From the NCBI GenBank assembly GCA_012401045.1, contig GCA_012401045.1_4704.1: DNA of 64,000 nucleotides; one strand, given 5' to 3'. Origin of the DNA: a phage. Position 1 is the stretch's first letter, and every line of letters begins with the position of its first letter. The translations under genes were made by a program, and so were the position numbers. Below the pieces are notes generated by a model that did not search any database, was not told where the DNA came from, and worked only from the letters and a program-made list of their open reading frames with translations. Below, piece by piece: positions 17,920-28,085 of the stretch.

Positions 17920-18228
17920 TTAAAATTCAACGCGACCTTTTGTCGTAAACAATACACCTCTTTGCCAACAGAAAAGATCCTCCGATTGAGCGCAAACACG
18001 AATACCCGCATCGAATAGATGTTTTGTTCTAGCGCTTAAACAATCAGGATCTTCTACATACAACAGAAGACGTTGGCATTTATTTTGAATGCGTTCGACA
18101 AGGATGTTCTTATCGCTTAAAATAAAATGCGCGTTATCTGTTAAGTTATCGTCGGTTTCCAGCTGCTTGACAAGTTTGATTAAAATACGTAATTGCTCAA
18201 GTGTGTCATGATCAAGTGAATCACCCAT
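17920..18228 (-). CDS. Small Cys-containing hypothetical protein (about 102 aa)
   Basis: ATG 18228 with SD TGAGGTA; ORF-track TTG extension rejected. Confidence 0.5.
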   Translation of the reverse strand: MGDSLDHDTLEQLRILIKLVKQLETDDNLTDNAHFILSDKNILVERIQNKCQRLLLYVEDPDCLSARTKHLFDAGIRVCAQSEDLFCWQRGVLFTTKGRVEF

Positions 18229-18275
18229 GGCGTACCTCAACGTTATACGTCGTTTGTATTATAATACGCTATCGT

Positions 18276-18299
18276 CTCCCCGCCAGTATTAACGGGGAG
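18276..18299 (-). terminator. Hairpin ctccccg/cggggag downstream of terminase gene
   Basis: 7-bp stem; followed on minus strand by TATTATAATAC. Confidence 0.4.
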
Positions 18300-18313
18300 T
18301 CTGCAGACTACTC

Positions 18314-20545
18314 TTAGAAAAAACCGCCCGGGCGGTATTGACCCATCGTCATCCACGCATTACGAGAAATATTCCGTTCATTCGAAGAGCGGCTTATTTG
18401 ACGATAAGTATTCGCTCGTTCCTCCCTTGCTTTCGTGATCATCGCATCAATAGAAACAGCCGCTGAATCCTCCCCACGTATTTTTCCTTTATACGTAAGA
18501 AGCTCTGCCTCCAATCGATCCAAGATAAGGCCGTTGGTTTCGGTCTTAAGCAACTCATAGATTTCAGCAACGCGTTGACGTAGCTTCGCCTGCTGTTGGT
18601 TAAGATACGCTTCATACGGATCGATTTCACCCGTTACAGATGCTGGTAAACGACTCATGACTTTAAGTGGATCGATACCGTAATGGATCTGTTTCTTAGC
18701 ACGCTTGATGAACCACATCGCTAACATCCATGCGAACGTCATGTCATCGTGCATTCCATCCTGGTGATCGACACGCCCATCTTTGATAACCAATCCGAGG
18801 ATCTCGGAACACAGCATCTTGTCACGTAACTGCCCGCGGGTTTCTACAATACCTTCCATCAAGATGTCGGAATACAACTCCATACGTTTGCGCGCATCCG
18901 TTGTGAAGCCTAAATGCCGTTTACGTTGAGCATACCAACTTTCATCACGCATGCTCAATGGTAATTTCAGGTCTTCGAACATCGCTGGATTATCAGCATG
19001 CCTGTCTACAATCGTGTTGTATACGCGTTTGAACACGTCGATGCCCGCTTGCCGCAAGAACTCTTCAATTGCGTCTAACAGCATGATTGCACTGCTTTTA
19101 CGTTCAGGAATCAACGTAACGTTCTTAAAACGCATCATGAAGTTGGCCATCCAACGAGCAAAAGAAAGCAGACTCAGTTTATTAAAACGTCCTGTCGCAA
19201 CAACTTCTGCTGTTTCTACATCCACCATCACCAAACCGATAGCGTCACGACCTATTGCATCGCTGGTGTCTAAACCAGCAACCACCTTATTGTTCTGCAT
19301 GTATGTCTCGATTTTACCTCGAGGTATATACCAGTTAATGCAGTAGCCTTCAGGTGAGATCTCGATATGGTCGATTTCACGTTGTCCCGCCATGATCATC
19401 TCAACCATCTCAGCGGTTAACGGGCTTTCTGCTGAACCGTTGGTCCAGATGTTCATGTAGTCGCGGTCTTTCTGAAGTTTATCACCTTCCGTTTCGTTCA
19501 TGGTTTTTGCTAACCATTCATCACTGAAGCCCAGCTGAGCGTGGTTCCATTGTGCCCCGATCCTGACGGTTGCTTTGCTGAGCTCGCACGGCACGTTGTT
19601 CAATACCGTCTGATGCAGATGCTTTTCATTACGGCAGTCAAAGAAACTTTCAGAGAACGGCGCTGAACGCATGAAAACTTCATAAGCCCATTTGCCTTCG
19701 CGTTTATCCAATTCACCTGCTGTTGTCGTATAGATGATACTCGTCAGGTCGCCGTTGCTTAATGCTTCATCGCGTGCCGCACCCATCGCACCGATACCAG
19801 CAGGAACAATGATTTCGATGTATTTCGTAAACGCGGTTTCGTCGCTATGAAATAGCGGGGTTGTTAGACCACGGCCGATGTTTGTTGCTTGTTTCTTATC
19901 CGAACGTGGAATCTTTACCGATAACTTGTTCTTGAAACGTGTGTAGGTTACGTTCTCTTTGTTCGATGAATCACGGCTATCCAGCGTCCAGAGATACGCA
20001 GGCAGCAGATCACGTATACTACGCACATCTTCTACTGTTTTCGTACGGGCATCACCGTCTTTTGTTAACTGAATAACCTCGGTGTTTCGACTACGAACAT
20101 AGGTTAGATAGCAGAACAATCCTAACATGGTCATGGATTTACCCGTCTGACGTATCTGTATCTGATACCAGTTCGTTCGGGTAAATATTCCCCAGAGCAT
20201 CGGAATGTTACCGCGGTTAGCACGGAATGAAATTTTGTTATCACCCGCTTTAGCCGGAACACGCATCACTTCACGGAAGAAGTACCATGGATTAAGATAG
20301 CATTCCGCACTGATCATCTGAATCTGTTCTGACGTCAAATTCGGTGCGTGGGGATCAACACCAATCAATCTTGGGTTTAATAACGCCATGAAAAACGCAG
20401 AGTTCCGGACACCGAATTCACGACGATATAAGATCGCTAAATCACGCCAACTTGTGTTTGTTGTTTCCCAGTGTGGAACAGCCTGAGGAAAATAATCCCA
20501 ATCTTCCTCAAACAAGATGATTTTCTTCGGATCGACAATCGACAT
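18314..20545 (-). CDS. terL: Terminase large subunit (743 aa)
   Basis: Walker A-like IQIRQTGKSMTMLGLF (cf. T4 gp17 SRQLGKT as I recall it), C-terminal acidic HQDGMHDDMTFA nuclease-like motif; SD GGAGGAG upstream. Confidence 0.78.
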   Translation of the reverse strand: MSIVDPKKIILFEEDWDYFPQAVPHWETTNTSWRDLAILYRREFGVRNSAFFMALLNPRLIGVDPHAPNLTSEQIQMISAECYLNPWYFFREVMRVPAKAGDNKISFRANRGNIPMLWGIFTRTNWYQIQIRQTGKSMTMLGLFCYLTYVRSRNTEVIQLTKDGDARTKTVEDVRSIRDLLPAYLWTLDSRDSSNKENVTYTRFKNKLSVKIPRSDKKQATNIGRGLTTPLFHSDETAFTKYIEIIVPAGIGAMGAARDEALSNGDLTSIIYTTTAGELDKREGKWAYEVFMRSAPFSESFFDCRNEKHLHQTVLNNVPCELSKATVRIGAQWNHAQLGFSDEWLAKTMNETEGDKLQKDRDYMNIWTNGSAESPLTAEMVEMIMAGQREIDHIEISPEGYCINWYIPRGKIETYMQNNKVVAGLDTSDAIGRDAIGLVMVDVETAEVVATGRFNKLSLLSFARWMANFMMRFKNVTLIPERKSSAIMLLDAIEEFLRQAGIDVFKRVYNTIVDRHADNPAMFEDLKLPLSMRDESWYAQRKRHLGFTTDARKRMELYSDILMEGIVETRGQLRDKMLCSEILGLVIKDGRVDHQDGMHDDMTFAWMLAMWFIKRAKKQIHYGIDPLKVMSRLPASVTGEIDPYEAYLNQQQAKLRQRVAEIYELLKTETNGLILDRLEAELLTYKGKIRGEDSAAVSIDAMITKAREERANTYRQISRSSNERNISRNAWMTMGQYRPGGFF

Positions 20546-20560
20546 ATAAACTCCTCCGAT

Positions 20561-20581
20561 GGAGGGTGCCGAGCACCCTCC
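20561..20581 (-). promoter_or_regulatory. Tight hairpin ggagggtgc-cga-gcaccctcc immediately upstream of the terL SD
   Basis: 9-bp stem, 3-nt loop, 15 nt 5' of terL start codon on the mRNA. Confidence 0.45.
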
Positions 20582-20595
20582 ATCGTTGTATTACC

Positions 20596-22335
20596 TTATG
20601 CGACTTTACTAATAACGACTGCTGTGATACCGAGATGTAGGTCGACGCCATTCTGTACTTTAATCCAGCGGATATACAGGTTAGCGTTATCCTGTCCCGT
20701 ACCACCTGGGACGTTATTGTTCCTATTCCATTGCGAGATTTCGAAACGTTTCTGCACGTTAGGACCAACCATGATTTCAAAGTGGGTCGGTTCTGGTGCT
20801 TTCGATTCCGTTTTCTCAAGATAGAGCGGATGTGTCGCGTAGTAAAGTTGGTTCAACCATTCACCCAGATCTGAGTGTTTGTTCGTCAAGTCAACATACG
20901 CGTTACCAGCAACATCGTAAGTAAACAACGCTTTCGTGTTACGACCGTACACATCCGTTGTCGTCGGCGTTGTTTGCGAGCTGAACGTTACTGTCCAGTA
21001 ATCACCGGATGTTGCCGAACCTGCTTGCAATAGCGTCATTCGAATAGTCTGCGTATGACGTACGCGTTTGTAAACGGTAGGATCGACTTCATCTAACCAG
21101 ATGTTGTACGCAAATTCCTGAGGTTGTCCGTATTTCTTCGGATTAAACTCAGGGCTGTTCAGTGCCAATTGTACTTTATCGGTTACGTTGTAGTAACGTT
21201 CACGGTCGACGTTGTACAACCAGAACACCAGCTCGTATCCCACAGCATCAGATACCCATTGCGGATAGCAGAACAGTTTAACACTGTAAGCCCCTTTCGC
21301 TTCTTTAGAAACGACGGTATAAGGCACACTGATGTGTTTCACCGCTCCTGGTAACGCGTAGGATGTGTCCTCATCGTCGTCCAGGTAGTAGTGTAACGCC
21401 AGCGGATGTTTGCTGTTGATGACCTGGGACGTGAAGACGTTAAGGCCGTCCAACACAACCTTGTTACCAGTAACCGGCCAATGTTTAATGGAACCATCAC
21501 TGTAAGTGACTTCAGCCTGAAGGTCGACGGAATCCAGGTTGACGTTGATCGGTAACTCAAGCAGTTTGGTATCGCTGCTGCTCAGCCACGTTGATTTCAG
21601 TCGTACCCCGTCTTCCAGAATATATTTAATACCCTGGTCTGGGGTGCGTACATAGTCAGTGATACGAACGATCATGCGTTTCATGGATAGCGGCTGCGGA
21701 CCGTCACCATAACCTACTACCATCACCTGCTCAAAATCTTCGACAGGCTTAATGCAGTAACCTTCACGAGGTGCCCAGATAGCTTTATTCGTTCCGTCTT
21801 TGTAAGCGATAAGCTGACACGGAATGAAATCGCTGATCTTATTCCCGCTGTTGTCATACATCGCACTGATGATTTCGCCTTTGGCGCTGATATCAGAACC
21901 GCGGAACACTGCGATACGTCGAATATCCGAGCCATGCAGATGGAAACGACGATCGATGTTCATTGTAGCAGGGATCGTGTTCGTATTAATCAATACACGC
22001 CATGTATCGTACGACCACGTCGGGTCAATACCTTCAAAGGTTGTCGTCCCATCGCCCTGACCATCGAACGGAGCAGACAGCTGACCGATAAGTTTAAGGG
22101 TACTTAGTTTTGTGCGATCGTCTACGGCGATAACACGGTACACCGCATTCGTATCCCAGTCTTCAACTTTATCGTCCACGTTGGGGACGTAAAGTTTCCA
22201 GTCTTCTTCAACGCCATTATAGATCTCTTTATACGCATAGGTGGTATAGCGTCTGTCGAGATCCTGAATAGCGAGTTTATCCGGATGCTGTTGTGCATAA
22301 AGCACCGGATTGGTAATCTCTCTTCCCATTATCAC
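20596..22335 (-). CDS. Putative virion structural protein (579 aa)
   Basis: Long ORF in operon with terL and two other large ORFs. Confidence 0.7.
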   Translation of the reverse strand: MIMGREITNPVLYAQQHPDKLAIQDLDRRYTTYAYKEIYNGVEEDWKLYVPNVDDKVEDWDTNAVYRVIAVDDRTKLSTLKLIGQLSAPFDGQGDGTTTFEGIDPTWSYDTWRVLINTNTIPATMNIDRRFHLHGSDIRRIAVFRGSDISAKGEIISAMYDNSGNKISDFIPCQLIAYKDGTNKAIWAPREGYCIKPVEDFEQVMVVGYGDGPQPLSMKRMIVRITDYVRTPDQGIKYILEDGVRLKSTWLSSSDTKLLELPINVNLDSVDLQAEVTYSDGSIKHWPVTGNKVVLDGLNVFTSQVINSKHPLALHYYLDDDEDTSYALPGAVKHISVPYTVVSKEAKGAYSVKLFCYPQWVSDAVGYELVFWLYNVDRERYYNVTDKVQLALNSPEFNPKKYGQPQEFAYNIWLDEVDPTVYKRVRHTQTIRMTLLQAGSATSGDYWTVTFSSQTTPTTTDVYGRNTKALFTYDVAGNAYVDLTNKHSDLGEWLNQLYYATHPLYLEKTESKAPEPTHFEIMVGPNVQKRFEISQWNRNNNVPGGTGQDNANLYIRWIKVQNGVDLHLGITAVVISKVA

Positions 22336-24926
22336 TCACCTTTGATTGTGTAAAACTTCGTGAAGTCCACGCGATCTTTCAAGAACTCACGACTGACGCG
22401 TTCTAAGAACCGCAGTTGTTTAACCGTAACTTCAAGCGGCGTCCAACTGTCGTGTGGATGAATAGAGACCATCCGCCAATCGTAATTACGTAACGCAGGA
22501 TCGTAGTCATAGAACCATTTATACGGCTCCATGAAATCCATCAACTTAACGTCCTGCATATCAGGATCGGGATCGATAACACCGTTGATAAGATCGTACG
22601 TTACCGCCATCAGCGTTGGACTGATCAGCTGATATTTGTTTTCGATTGTGACCGGCGTATCGTACTTCACGCGAGGGAAATACAACGACATATAGTCTTC
22701 AACGCGTTTGTCGGTTTCAAGACTCTTATCGCGTAGGTAATACGTGTCTGTATTAACCAGACCACGGATGGGGGCAATAACACGGTAGATCGCATAAGGC
22801 ACCCCATCGTTGACTTTGATGTCGGCAGGGTATTGCGTGTCCTCTGCGGTAACCACTTCGCTACGATCGTAAATACGTCCACCAACCACAATACGAACAA
22901 CATGGTCGTCACGAACATTAAACACGTCGTCGTAAGAAAGCTGATTATGCATCGTCCAACCGGTATCGTAAACGGTTTCACCGGTTAAGTCCGTACGTGG
23001 AAAACCAGTACATCTCACGGTAACCGTGTGCGTGTTCCCTTCACTGAAATACCGTTTCGCGTTGATCATGATCGTTGGCCATTTTACGATATAATCGATA
23101 TCGCGTACCAAGCTGTAGCTTTTGGTTGCTCGCTCGTCACCTAACCATACTTCGATTTGACCAGGTTCGAAAGGCAGCGGATATTCAACATCAATACCCG
23201 TCGTAACATCCAACCATACGGTGTGGTTACGATGTTGTATTGTGGTCTTATACGCTAAGAAGTAGGTGTCGAACAATACTAAACCGGTTTGCTTTCTTCC
23301 ATCCAACGACCATTTTATTACCCCGTTCTCTTCCGTTACCACAGAAGCATCGTCGGTAACATCCTTCCATGTGTTCGCGACAGGTTGTCCGTTACGAAGA
23401 TTTACGCTATAACAGCGGTAACTCGCCCATTCACGGATTGGGACGTCGGCAACACCCATCACGTAATCAAGCGTTCTCCCACCAACACCCGATCGACCCT
23501 CAACATAGGACGTGGTTTCATATTGCGGATAAAAATGTCGGCCTGCCGGATGTTGCGTGATACCCAATAATAGACCGTCACTGTCGTACTCAAAGAACGT
23601 CGCATTTGCACGTAAACCCCATGGTACTTCAGCGGTAGGGGTACCCATATCGTCAGTAACGCGTTGTGGACTATCTGCAACCAGTTTTGCCATCGCGTTA
23701 TACCCGTAAGCGGAGGTCACCATGTCGATCGTGATATTGCTTTCCTTATTACGCATGATGCGTGTATAATCACTGGCTTCAAGCGTGCGTGCAAAGAACT
23801 CGGGTATATTAGCGTTCTGTTCTAACATCGCACCGACGATGATGTCGTCTGGAAGTTTATACAATTCGTGGATGCGGTTATGTTCAAAGGTTAACTGCGT
23901 TTTCAAACCGCTATCACGGACAACCACTTCCAGGGTTAAATCACGAAGCGATTCTGCTCCATCAACCCGTTCAACGAAGTAGCTGACATAATCAACAGGA
24001 ATCCCGTAATCACGATGTGTGAGCATGCGGATACTATTTTCCTGGTTGGTGTGGTAATAACGTCCTTTTCCGTTAGGCCCTTTCACGTAGATATCAACGT
24101 CATCACGATACCGGATTTTAGTATCCGCTTCATCTTTCGGCGGATGAATAAGATACTTCACTTTTTTGTCCAGATCGCTGTTGTACGTTTTAAGATCTTC
24201 TACACGGAAGCTGTACCGATGAACAACGGTACCATCATAGACGACCTGAATGCTATCACCGATCTTAAAACTTGACGGTGGAATGTCTTCAACCGCTTCA
24301 CCATTGATACTGCAGTGCGTCCAGCCGATACCGGTTTCCTGAATCTTTTTACGCCAGGCGTATAGCTGACGCTGCCACTGTAGAACCTGTGTCGAGCTGG
24401 TTACAATCCCCCCAAGGACATGCACTTCACGCCCCGTCGGTTTCGTGTATGACGGATAGCCTTCTGCGAAGTCGGCGTTGAGATAGGTGCGCCAGTAATA
24501 ATCACCAACGCCAAGGTCAGCGATATTCGGTTGGTCGAGCACACAGACCAGCATCGTTTCGTTTTCCAGATTACCCGTCCACGTTAATGTCAACGGGAAT
24601 TCTTTACCGTCCTCGGTATAGATATTGTAATACGATCCCTTCACCTCACAGAACTTGCTGAGTTCTCGCCACCACAACCGACCCGCCCCGACATTAAAAT
24701 CCTCCCCCATATGTCGTCCAATAACAAACACATGGAACGTATTGGTATCATCAGGAAGATTGAATGTACGATGCCAAGCCGTAAAGTTTTTTACTGCGCC
24801 GGTCTTTCCGGTAATACGACGCATCTTGATACGATGCTGGTTGTCCATTAATGGACGGCAGTTCACATTCAGCGCAGCATGATTTATCAAGTATTGCGCT
24901 GTAGGATTAGAAGCGTTCAACACCAC
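22332..24926 (-). CDS. Putative large virion structural protein (864 aa)
   Basis: GTG start with SD GGAGG 6 nt upstream; 20-nt overlap with upstream gene. Confidence 0.72.
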   Translation of the reverse strand: MVLNASNPTAQYLINHAALNVNCRPLMDNQHRIKMRRITGKTGAVKNFTAWHRTFNLPDDTNTFHVFVIGRHMGEDFNVGAGRLWWRELSKFCEVKGSYYNIYTEDGKEFPLTLTWTGNLENETMLVCVLDQPNIADLGVGDYYWRTYLNADFAEGYPSYTKPTGREVHVLGGIVTSSTQVLQWQRQLYAWRKKIQETGIGWTHCSINGEAVEDIPPSSFKIGDSIQVVYDGTVVHRYSFRVEDLKTYNSDLDKKVKYLIHPPKDEADTKIRYRDDVDIYVKGPNGKGRYYHTNQENSIRMLTHRDYGIPVDYVSYFVERVDGAESLRDLTLEVVVRDSGLKTQLTFEHNRIHELYKLPDDIIVGAMLEQNANIPEFFARTLEASDYTRIMRNKESNITIDMVTSAYGYNAMAKLVADSPQRVTDDMGTPTAEVPWGLRANATFFEYDSDGLLLGITQHPAGRHFYPQYETTSYVEGRSGVGGRTLDYVMGVADVPIREWASYRCYSVNLRNGQPVANTWKDVTDDASVVTEENGVIKWSLDGRKQTGLVLFDTYFLAYKTTIQHRNHTVWLDVTTGIDVEYPLPFEPGQIEVWLGDERATKSYSLVRDIDYIVKWPTIMINAKRYFSEGNTHTVTVRCTGFPRTDLTGETVYDTGWTMHNQLSYDDVFNVRDDHVVRIVVGGRIYDRSEVVTAEDTQYPADIKVNDGVPYAIYRVIAPIRGLVNTDTYYLRDKSLETDKRVEDYMSLYFPRVKYDTPVTIENKYQLISPTLMAVTYDLINGVIDPDPDMQDVKLMDFMEPYKWFYDYDPALRNYDWRMVSIHPHDSWTPLEVTVKQLRFLERVSREFLKDRVDFTKFYTIKGE

Positions 24927-25854
24927 GGCATGCCTCCAGGAGGTATTTCATGTTGGCTTGGAAATCATTGACGTCACGCGCCATACGACGCTGATCCGCC
25001 ATGAGACGAGCCAACACGGTATCACGGTAACCACGATCGTGGTCAGCAGCAGAGCATAAAAGAATAAATGTTGGTGGATGCTCTAAAGCAATCCCAGCAA
25101 CTTCTTTACTATAACCCCCAACCCAGCTGTAAGCGGTGATTTCAAACAACAACGCTTGGGTTAACGTGTTCAAACGGGGACTAATATTACTTTCTTTTAA
25201 TGCTGTTACGAAAGCTGCCATGTTAGGGATATAACCCAGGTTTTCGGTTACGATACCGATGCTCGCAAAATCGTAACGAAGCGTTGTCTGGATGGTGCGC
25301 ACCATAGTTAGTCTTTCATTATTTGTAAGGCTATCTTTAAACAGGCAAAGATAATACCATGCTGTTATGATGGCAACATCACGACGTTGTTGAAGGTCCA
25401 GCCCTAAACGTTGTGTGATTTGTCCGCTAATCCAATCACAAAAGACACGCATCGGGATAGGGCCAAGACGTTCAAAAGGACGTGTGCCCAAGGATTCCCA
25501 TCCTACCTGAAGATACGCACGTGATTGAAGAAAGTTATATTCACGTTCGTTAACAACGGTAGTACGCGATCCTGGGCGTGAAGTATCTGTTGGGGTGCGC
25601 GCGTAAGCGCGTTGGTCGATAACAACGCGCTGTCCGTCCATCACTGTTTTAATGACCAACGGATGACCAAAAGAAGGGATATCGTCCAACGTATTTTTGT
25701 TGCCGATGACTTCGAGAACGGGAGTGTTTACGCCACTTTCTTCACCGGGTGCACTTAACAATCCGCCGACGTAAGCAACTTCGATAGCGGTTCGGATACG
25801 GTCAATGCCTTTTAGTTTTGTTCCAACAGTTGTGTCGTAAGGAGAGATGAACAT
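24907..25854 (-). CDS. Putative structural protein (315 aa), first gene of structural/packaging operon
   Basis: SD AAGGAA; late-type motif TATATGCCGT 16 nt upstream. Confidence 0.7.
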   Translation of the reverse strand: MFISPYDTTVGTKLKGIDRIRTAIEVAYVGGLLSAPGEESGVNTPVLEVIGNKNTLDDIPSFGHPLVIKTVMDGQRVVIDQRAYARTPTDTSRPGSRTTVVNEREYNFLQSRAYLQVGWESLGTRPFERLGPIPMRVFCDWISGQITQRLGLDLQQRRDVAIITAWYYLCLFKDSLTNNERLTMVRTIQTTLRYDFASIGIVTENLGYIPNMAAFVTALKESNISPRLNTLTQALLFEITAYSWVGGYSKEVAGIALEHPPTFILLCSAADHDRGYRDTVLARLMADQRRMARDVNDFQANMKYLLEACRGVERF

Positions 25855-25869
25855 ATGTAATTCCTTTAT

Positions 25870-25881
25870 TACGGCATATAA
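25870..25881 (-). promoter_or_regulatory. Late-type promoter candidate (minus orientation CTTATATGCCGT) for operon 25854 to 18314
   Basis: Plus strand ACGGCATATAAG; ATGCCGT core shared with 6 other sites. Confidence 0.45.
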
Positions 25882-25997
25882 GAAAACGGGTTAAGCACAC
25901 AGATTTACGCATAATTGTAATATTTTACGTTATGCCTATGACATTGTGTCACGTGTGCAATTATGTCATACAATTTCCTTAAATTAAGGAGAGTTCC

Positions 25998-28070
25998 ATG
26001 AGGCTTAAGAATAGCACGCCTCGCGCGATTTTTACGGGCTTTAAAGAGGGTCTTACCACGGATCCGGTTACAGCCCCAGAGATCACGCCCATTCACCTCC
26101 CGTATGTTTTCATTCAGGGTGGTCGTGGTAAAGAGGACACCTTGCTGTTAACAGGGGACGCCCTGTCTACAGTCTACGGTGAAGATATGCTGAACTACCG
26201 CAGTAAGTACGCTTCTCCAGCAACACTGATTGCTCGCCAGGCGGCTTCTACAGGTAGCGCGATCTTCACAAAACGTTTGGTTGCGCCGGATGCAACGGCA
26301 GCACGCATCCGTATCGGTGTTGAAGTGGTCGCCGATAAACTGGTCGTTTACCAGCGTAACGCTGACGGGTCCTTTATGAAGGACACCGACGGCAACAAAA
26401 TCCCTGACGGCGATAAAACCGTTGACGGGGTGAAAATGCGTTGGATTGTTAACCACGACAAAGATGCCGTAGCGCCTAACGCCTTCGGTAAAGATGAAGT
26501 GGTTATCGGACAAATGACCGCAGCTGATGGTACCCAGAGCAACTACTATCCTATTCTGGATGGAATGGTGAGCTGGCGTGGTGCCGAAGGGGACAACATC
26601 GGCTTACGTCTGGAAGCACCGACCGCGCTGAGCAGCAACCCTACCCGTACCGATATCATCGAACGTATCGGTGCTTTCCTGTACCGCATTCAGTTCGTGG
26701 AACGTAAGTCTTCACGAACTGCGCCGACGGTCATTCGTACGATCAGCGGTATGGAACAAGAAACCTTCGCGTTGCAGGAAGGTGTTATCCAGCCTGATGA
26801 CGAAACCGATCTGTCCTTCGGTAAAGTGGTCGTTGATGCCTACGAGTATAATGAAACGGGTAACACCCCGATCTTTGCTCCGATGGATCAGATGCATCTT
26901 TATCAGAAGAACATCGATGAAGTCGTCAAGAAGCTGTACGAATCTGAAAGCAAAGTTAACAAAGATCTGTTAACCGACGTTGAATTCGTCGAAGGTCAGA
27001 TGAACATCTTCACCGGTGTCGATTACAACGGCATCCCGTATCAAACCATCGAAGTTCTCGATGCGGATCAGGGCGGCGTCATCTTTGATGGTACCAGCAC
27101 CTTCTACGCAATTGATGGTAGCGACGGTGACGTCGACTGGGATACCTTCGACGCGTTAGCGAAACAGCAGTTCGAATCGTTCGGCAGAATGGGCGAAGAT
27201 CTGGAAGACATGGCTTTCTATCCGTTCTCCATCGTGTATGACATTGGTTACAAAGTCGACACGAAGAAAGCGATGGCAAACGTCTTGTCTCTGCGTCCGG
27301 ATGTCATGATCATTGCGTCAACCCATACCTGGAAGGGTGTGGAACTGAATGTCGATGAAGAAAGCTCCATGGGCGCGATGCTGCGTAACTACTATCGTCT
27401 GCATCCAGAAAGCGTGCTTTACAATACCCCGGCTTGCCGTGCTGCGGTATTCATGCAATACGGTGAAAGCATCGAAGCGCCAAGCCTGGGTAAAGTTCCG
27501 TTGACGCTGGAAGTTGCTAATAAACTTGCAACTTACATGGGTGCTTCGGATGGTGTTATCCGCGGTACCCGCATCGATAACAACCCCGGTAACGTTGTCA
27601 CAACGATGCGTAAAATCAACAAGACGTATCGTAACGCAACGGTCCGCGATCGTGATTGGGAAAACGGCTTGAACTATGTTCAGACCTACAACCGTAATTC
27701 CAACTTCTTCCCGGCTTGGGGCACGATCTACAATAACGACCGTTCGGTATGGCGTTCGTTGATCAACGTGATCATCGGTTGCGATCTGACTCGCGTGTGC
27801 TATCGTCTCTGGGCAGAAACCACCGGTACTACAGGAATGGATGAAACCCTGTTCCTGAAACTGATGGGCGAACGCTTCCTGGAATACACCACGGGCCGTT
27901 ACAACGACCATGTGACTGTTAAGGGACGTTTCTACCTGGATAAAGAAGACGGTTACAACGGCTTCAGCTATCACGGCGATATCAGCCTGATCGGCGATCC
28001 AGGCATGACCGTGGGTACGTTTACCATCACCGGGCTGCGTCGTAACACCGAAGCAGCAGAAGCGGCGTAA
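25998..28070 (+). CDS. Highly expressed structural protein (690 aa); candidate tail sheath protein
   Basis: Strong codon optimisation; SD AAGGAGAG; size and position (sheath-sized gene followed by tube-sized gene) resemble phiKZ gp29/gp30 as I recall them. Confidence 0.5.
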   Translation: MRLKNSTPRAIFTGFKEGLTTDPVTAPEITPIHLPYVFIQGGRGKEDTLLLTGDALSTVYGEDMLNYRSKYASPATLIARQAASTGSAIFTKRLVAPDATAARIRIGVEVVADKLVVYQRNADGSFMKDTDGNKIPDGDKTVDGVKMRWIVNHDKDAVAPNAFGKDEVVIGQMTAADGTQSNYYPILDGMVSWRGAEGDNIGLRLEAPTALSSNPTRTDIIERIGAFLYRIQFVERKSSRTAPTVIRTISGMEQETFALQEGVIQPDDETDLSFGKVVVDAYEYNETGNTPIFAPMDQMHLYQKNIDEVVKKLYESESKVNKDLLTDVEFVEGQMNIFTGVDYNGIPYQTIEVLDADQGGVIFDGTSTFYAIDGSDGDVDWDTFDALAKQQFESFGRMGEDLEDMAFYPFSIVYDIGYKVDTKKAMANVLSLRPDVMIIASTHTWKGVELNVDEESSMGAMLRNYYRLHPESVLYNTPACRAAVFMQYGESIEAPSLGKVPLTLEVANKLATYMGASDGVIRGTRIDNNPGNVVTTMRKINKTYRNATVRDRDWENGLNYVQTYNRNSNFFPAWGTIYNNDRSVWRSLINVIIGCDLTRVCYRLWAETTGTTGMDETLFLKLMGERFLEYTTGRYNDHVTVKGRFYLDKEDGYNGFSYHGDISLIGDPGMTVGTFTITGLRRNTEAAEAA

Positions 28071-28085
28071 TGAGAGGAGTCCATA

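Noticed and set aside
20586-20602. Plus-strand GTATTACCTTATGCG as an additional promoter
   Set aside because: It combines fragments of both motifs, but in plus orientation with no plus-strand gene downstream; likely coincidental at the 3' end of the 20596-22335 gene
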